Under the pieces are notes generated by a model. It ran no database searches and had not been told where the DNA came from. It saw only the letters and a list, made by a program, of their open reading frames with translations. Below are positions 62,490-64,000 of a DNA stretch of 64,000 nucleotides, one piece after another (positions within the stretch are counted from its first letter, which is position 1; each line of letters begins with the position of its first letter). Made by a program: the position numbers and the translations under genes. Source of the DNA: Octopus bimaculoides. Its lineage: Eukaryota. The stretch spans positions 37,418,265-37,482,264 of the forward strand of contig NC_069003.1 in the NCBI RefSeq assembly GCF_001194135.2. The letters are read 5' to 3'.

Positions 62490-62790
62490 TTTTTTGAACA
62501 CCATCTGCAGTATTCAAGCAGTTCCAAGCAGTGCTGTTTTTTTGCTTATTGCAGCCCCTATTTGTTCCATGTACTTCTCAAAATTTTTACTCACTGTTCC
62601 CAGGACTCCGACAATCATTGGTACTACTACCACCTTTTCCATCGACCACAACTGCTTGACCTCCCAAGCTAACCTGTTATATCTCTCGACTTTTCTTTCT
62701 TCCTTATCGCATACCTTGTTGTCAGCTTGGCATGCTATATCCATGATCCAGCATCGTTTGCTTTCTTTCTCAATTAACACTATTATTATT
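62490..62790 (-). mobile_element. R4/Dong-like LINE endonuclease 3' fragment
   Basis: CWIMDIACQADNKVCDKEERKVERYNRLAWEVKQLWSMEKVVVVPMIVGVLG...ALLGTA. Confidence 0.85.
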
Positions 62791-63065
62791 AGTATTATCA
62801 TTATTATTCATTAAGGCAGCAAGCTGGACGAAATATTAAGTGGTATTTTACCTGTCACTATGTTTTGAGTTCAAATTCCTTTCAGGGTTGATAAAATAAG
62901 TACCAGTTGAACACTGGGGTTGATGTAAACAACTTATGCCCTCCCCCAAAATTGCTGCCCTTGTGGCTAACTTTGAAACCATTATTATTATTACTGTGTC
63001 ATTTAGTCCAATAAAACCCACAAAAACAATCCGTAAGAACGTGTCTCATCTGGTTTCCATTTCAG

Positions 63066-63252
63066 AAAACTTCACATTCATATCTCACCGCCATATCAAC
63101 TTCCCATTCAGCCTCAGTGTTTACTTGGATGGTATTTTACACTTGCGAGTTAGTGTCTGCTGTGAATATAGGCACCAAAGAGGTGGCATCATTGGTGGAC
63201 CACAAGGTCAATTCATTCTGGTCAGTGTGAAGGGATCAATGCCTTGTGCCAG
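63066..63252 (+). CDS. ERICH3: ERICH3-like exon 8, DUF4590 C-terminal part (gene continues beyond the window)
   Basis: ENFTFISHRHINFPFSLSVYLDG...RVSVCCEYRH...GG..GQF....V.GSMPCAR matches ETFQFISKRHHGFPFSLTFFLNG...RLSSCCEYKH; phase 1-2. Confidence 0.92.
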
Positions 63253-63699
63253 GTTAGAACGAGTTTTATTTTTGTGTTTTTTGTTGTTGTTTTTCAGAGG
63301 TGAGAATGGGGATATGGCAGTGACCGTAGAGCAGCAAACTAAAAGGGGAATCTTACTGAATTGACTTCACCTTTCCTGGGGGTTACTTCTCTTGATCGTA
63401 CTTCTTCCTTAACAAATTTATTTTCTTGATGTCAAAGTAATTAAATTATCATCGTTATGATGATGATGAGGGCAACAGTTGATGACAAAATCAGTAGATC
63501 ATTGGAGAAATCACCTGACTGTATTAAGTCATAATCCTTTATGTTCTGGGTTCAAGTCCTGCTGAGGTTAACTTTACCTTTTATCCCTCTGGGAATCAAT
63601 AACTATAAGGCGCATACTGGGTTTGATTTCCTTGATTACACCCTTTCCTGAAACTGGATGGCAGAATTGGTAGAAATATTGAACACTGTGTAGAAGGAT

Positions 63700-64000
63700 C
63701 AGTATCTGGTACCAAGCTATATGGTTAAGAAGTTTGCTTCATTATCACATGGTTCCAGGTTCAGTCTCACTGTGTGGCACCTTGGGCAAGAATCTTCTAC
63801 TATAGCTCCAAGCTGACCAAAGTCTTGTGAGTTGATTTCATAAATGAAAATTGTGTAGAAGCTCATTGTATATTTGCACGTGTGTGTGTGTGTGTGTGCG
63901 GGTCTTTGTGTTTGCCCTCACCACTTGACAATCGATGTTGGTTTGTTTATATCCCCATAATCTAGCAGTTTGGCAAAAAGAAAACAGTAAAGTAAATCCC
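63700..64000 (+). mobile_element. tRNA-derived SINE composite (related copies near 26260-26420, 50450-50690, 56360-56500)
   Basis: ggttaagaagtttgcttc...ggttcagtctcactgtgtggcaccttgggcaag...gaccaaagtcttgtgag. Confidence 0.65.

Overview
Eukaryotic, AT-rich, repeat-dense scaffold segment with six N-gaps. The (TA)n/(CA)n/(CAT)n tracts, RTE-X-like LINE tails, tRNA-derived SINEs and mariner relics look like an octopus or other coleoid cephalopod; this taxon call is an inference. Three + strand spliced genes can be rebuilt from GT-AG signals and reading phase. (1) Gene A: the 3' part of an acidic, low-complexity protein gene (5 exons, 1172-7288, all introns phase 1). (2) Gene B: an unrecognised gene with 15 symmetric phase-1 exons (18306-45965, 935 codons by my count). 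Fourteen exons each carry one [KE]-[DE]-[VILM]-[GS]-[VM]-Q-T-like motif resembling nNOS/GKAP/Nup159-type dynein light chain LC8 sites, and the array is still expanding by duplication of exon-plus-intron units. (3) An ERICH3 (DUF4590) homolog from 51033, preceded by RFX X-box-like motifs and running off the window end. The most interesting candidate system is gene B: a 'one exon = one LC8 motif' multivalent scaffold whose valency could be tuned by splicing, next to a ciliary-type gene. The rest is mostly decayed RTE/RTE-X, R4/Dong, mariner/Tc1 and hAT fragments, SINEs and satellites. All homology calls are from memory of the families; no searches were run.
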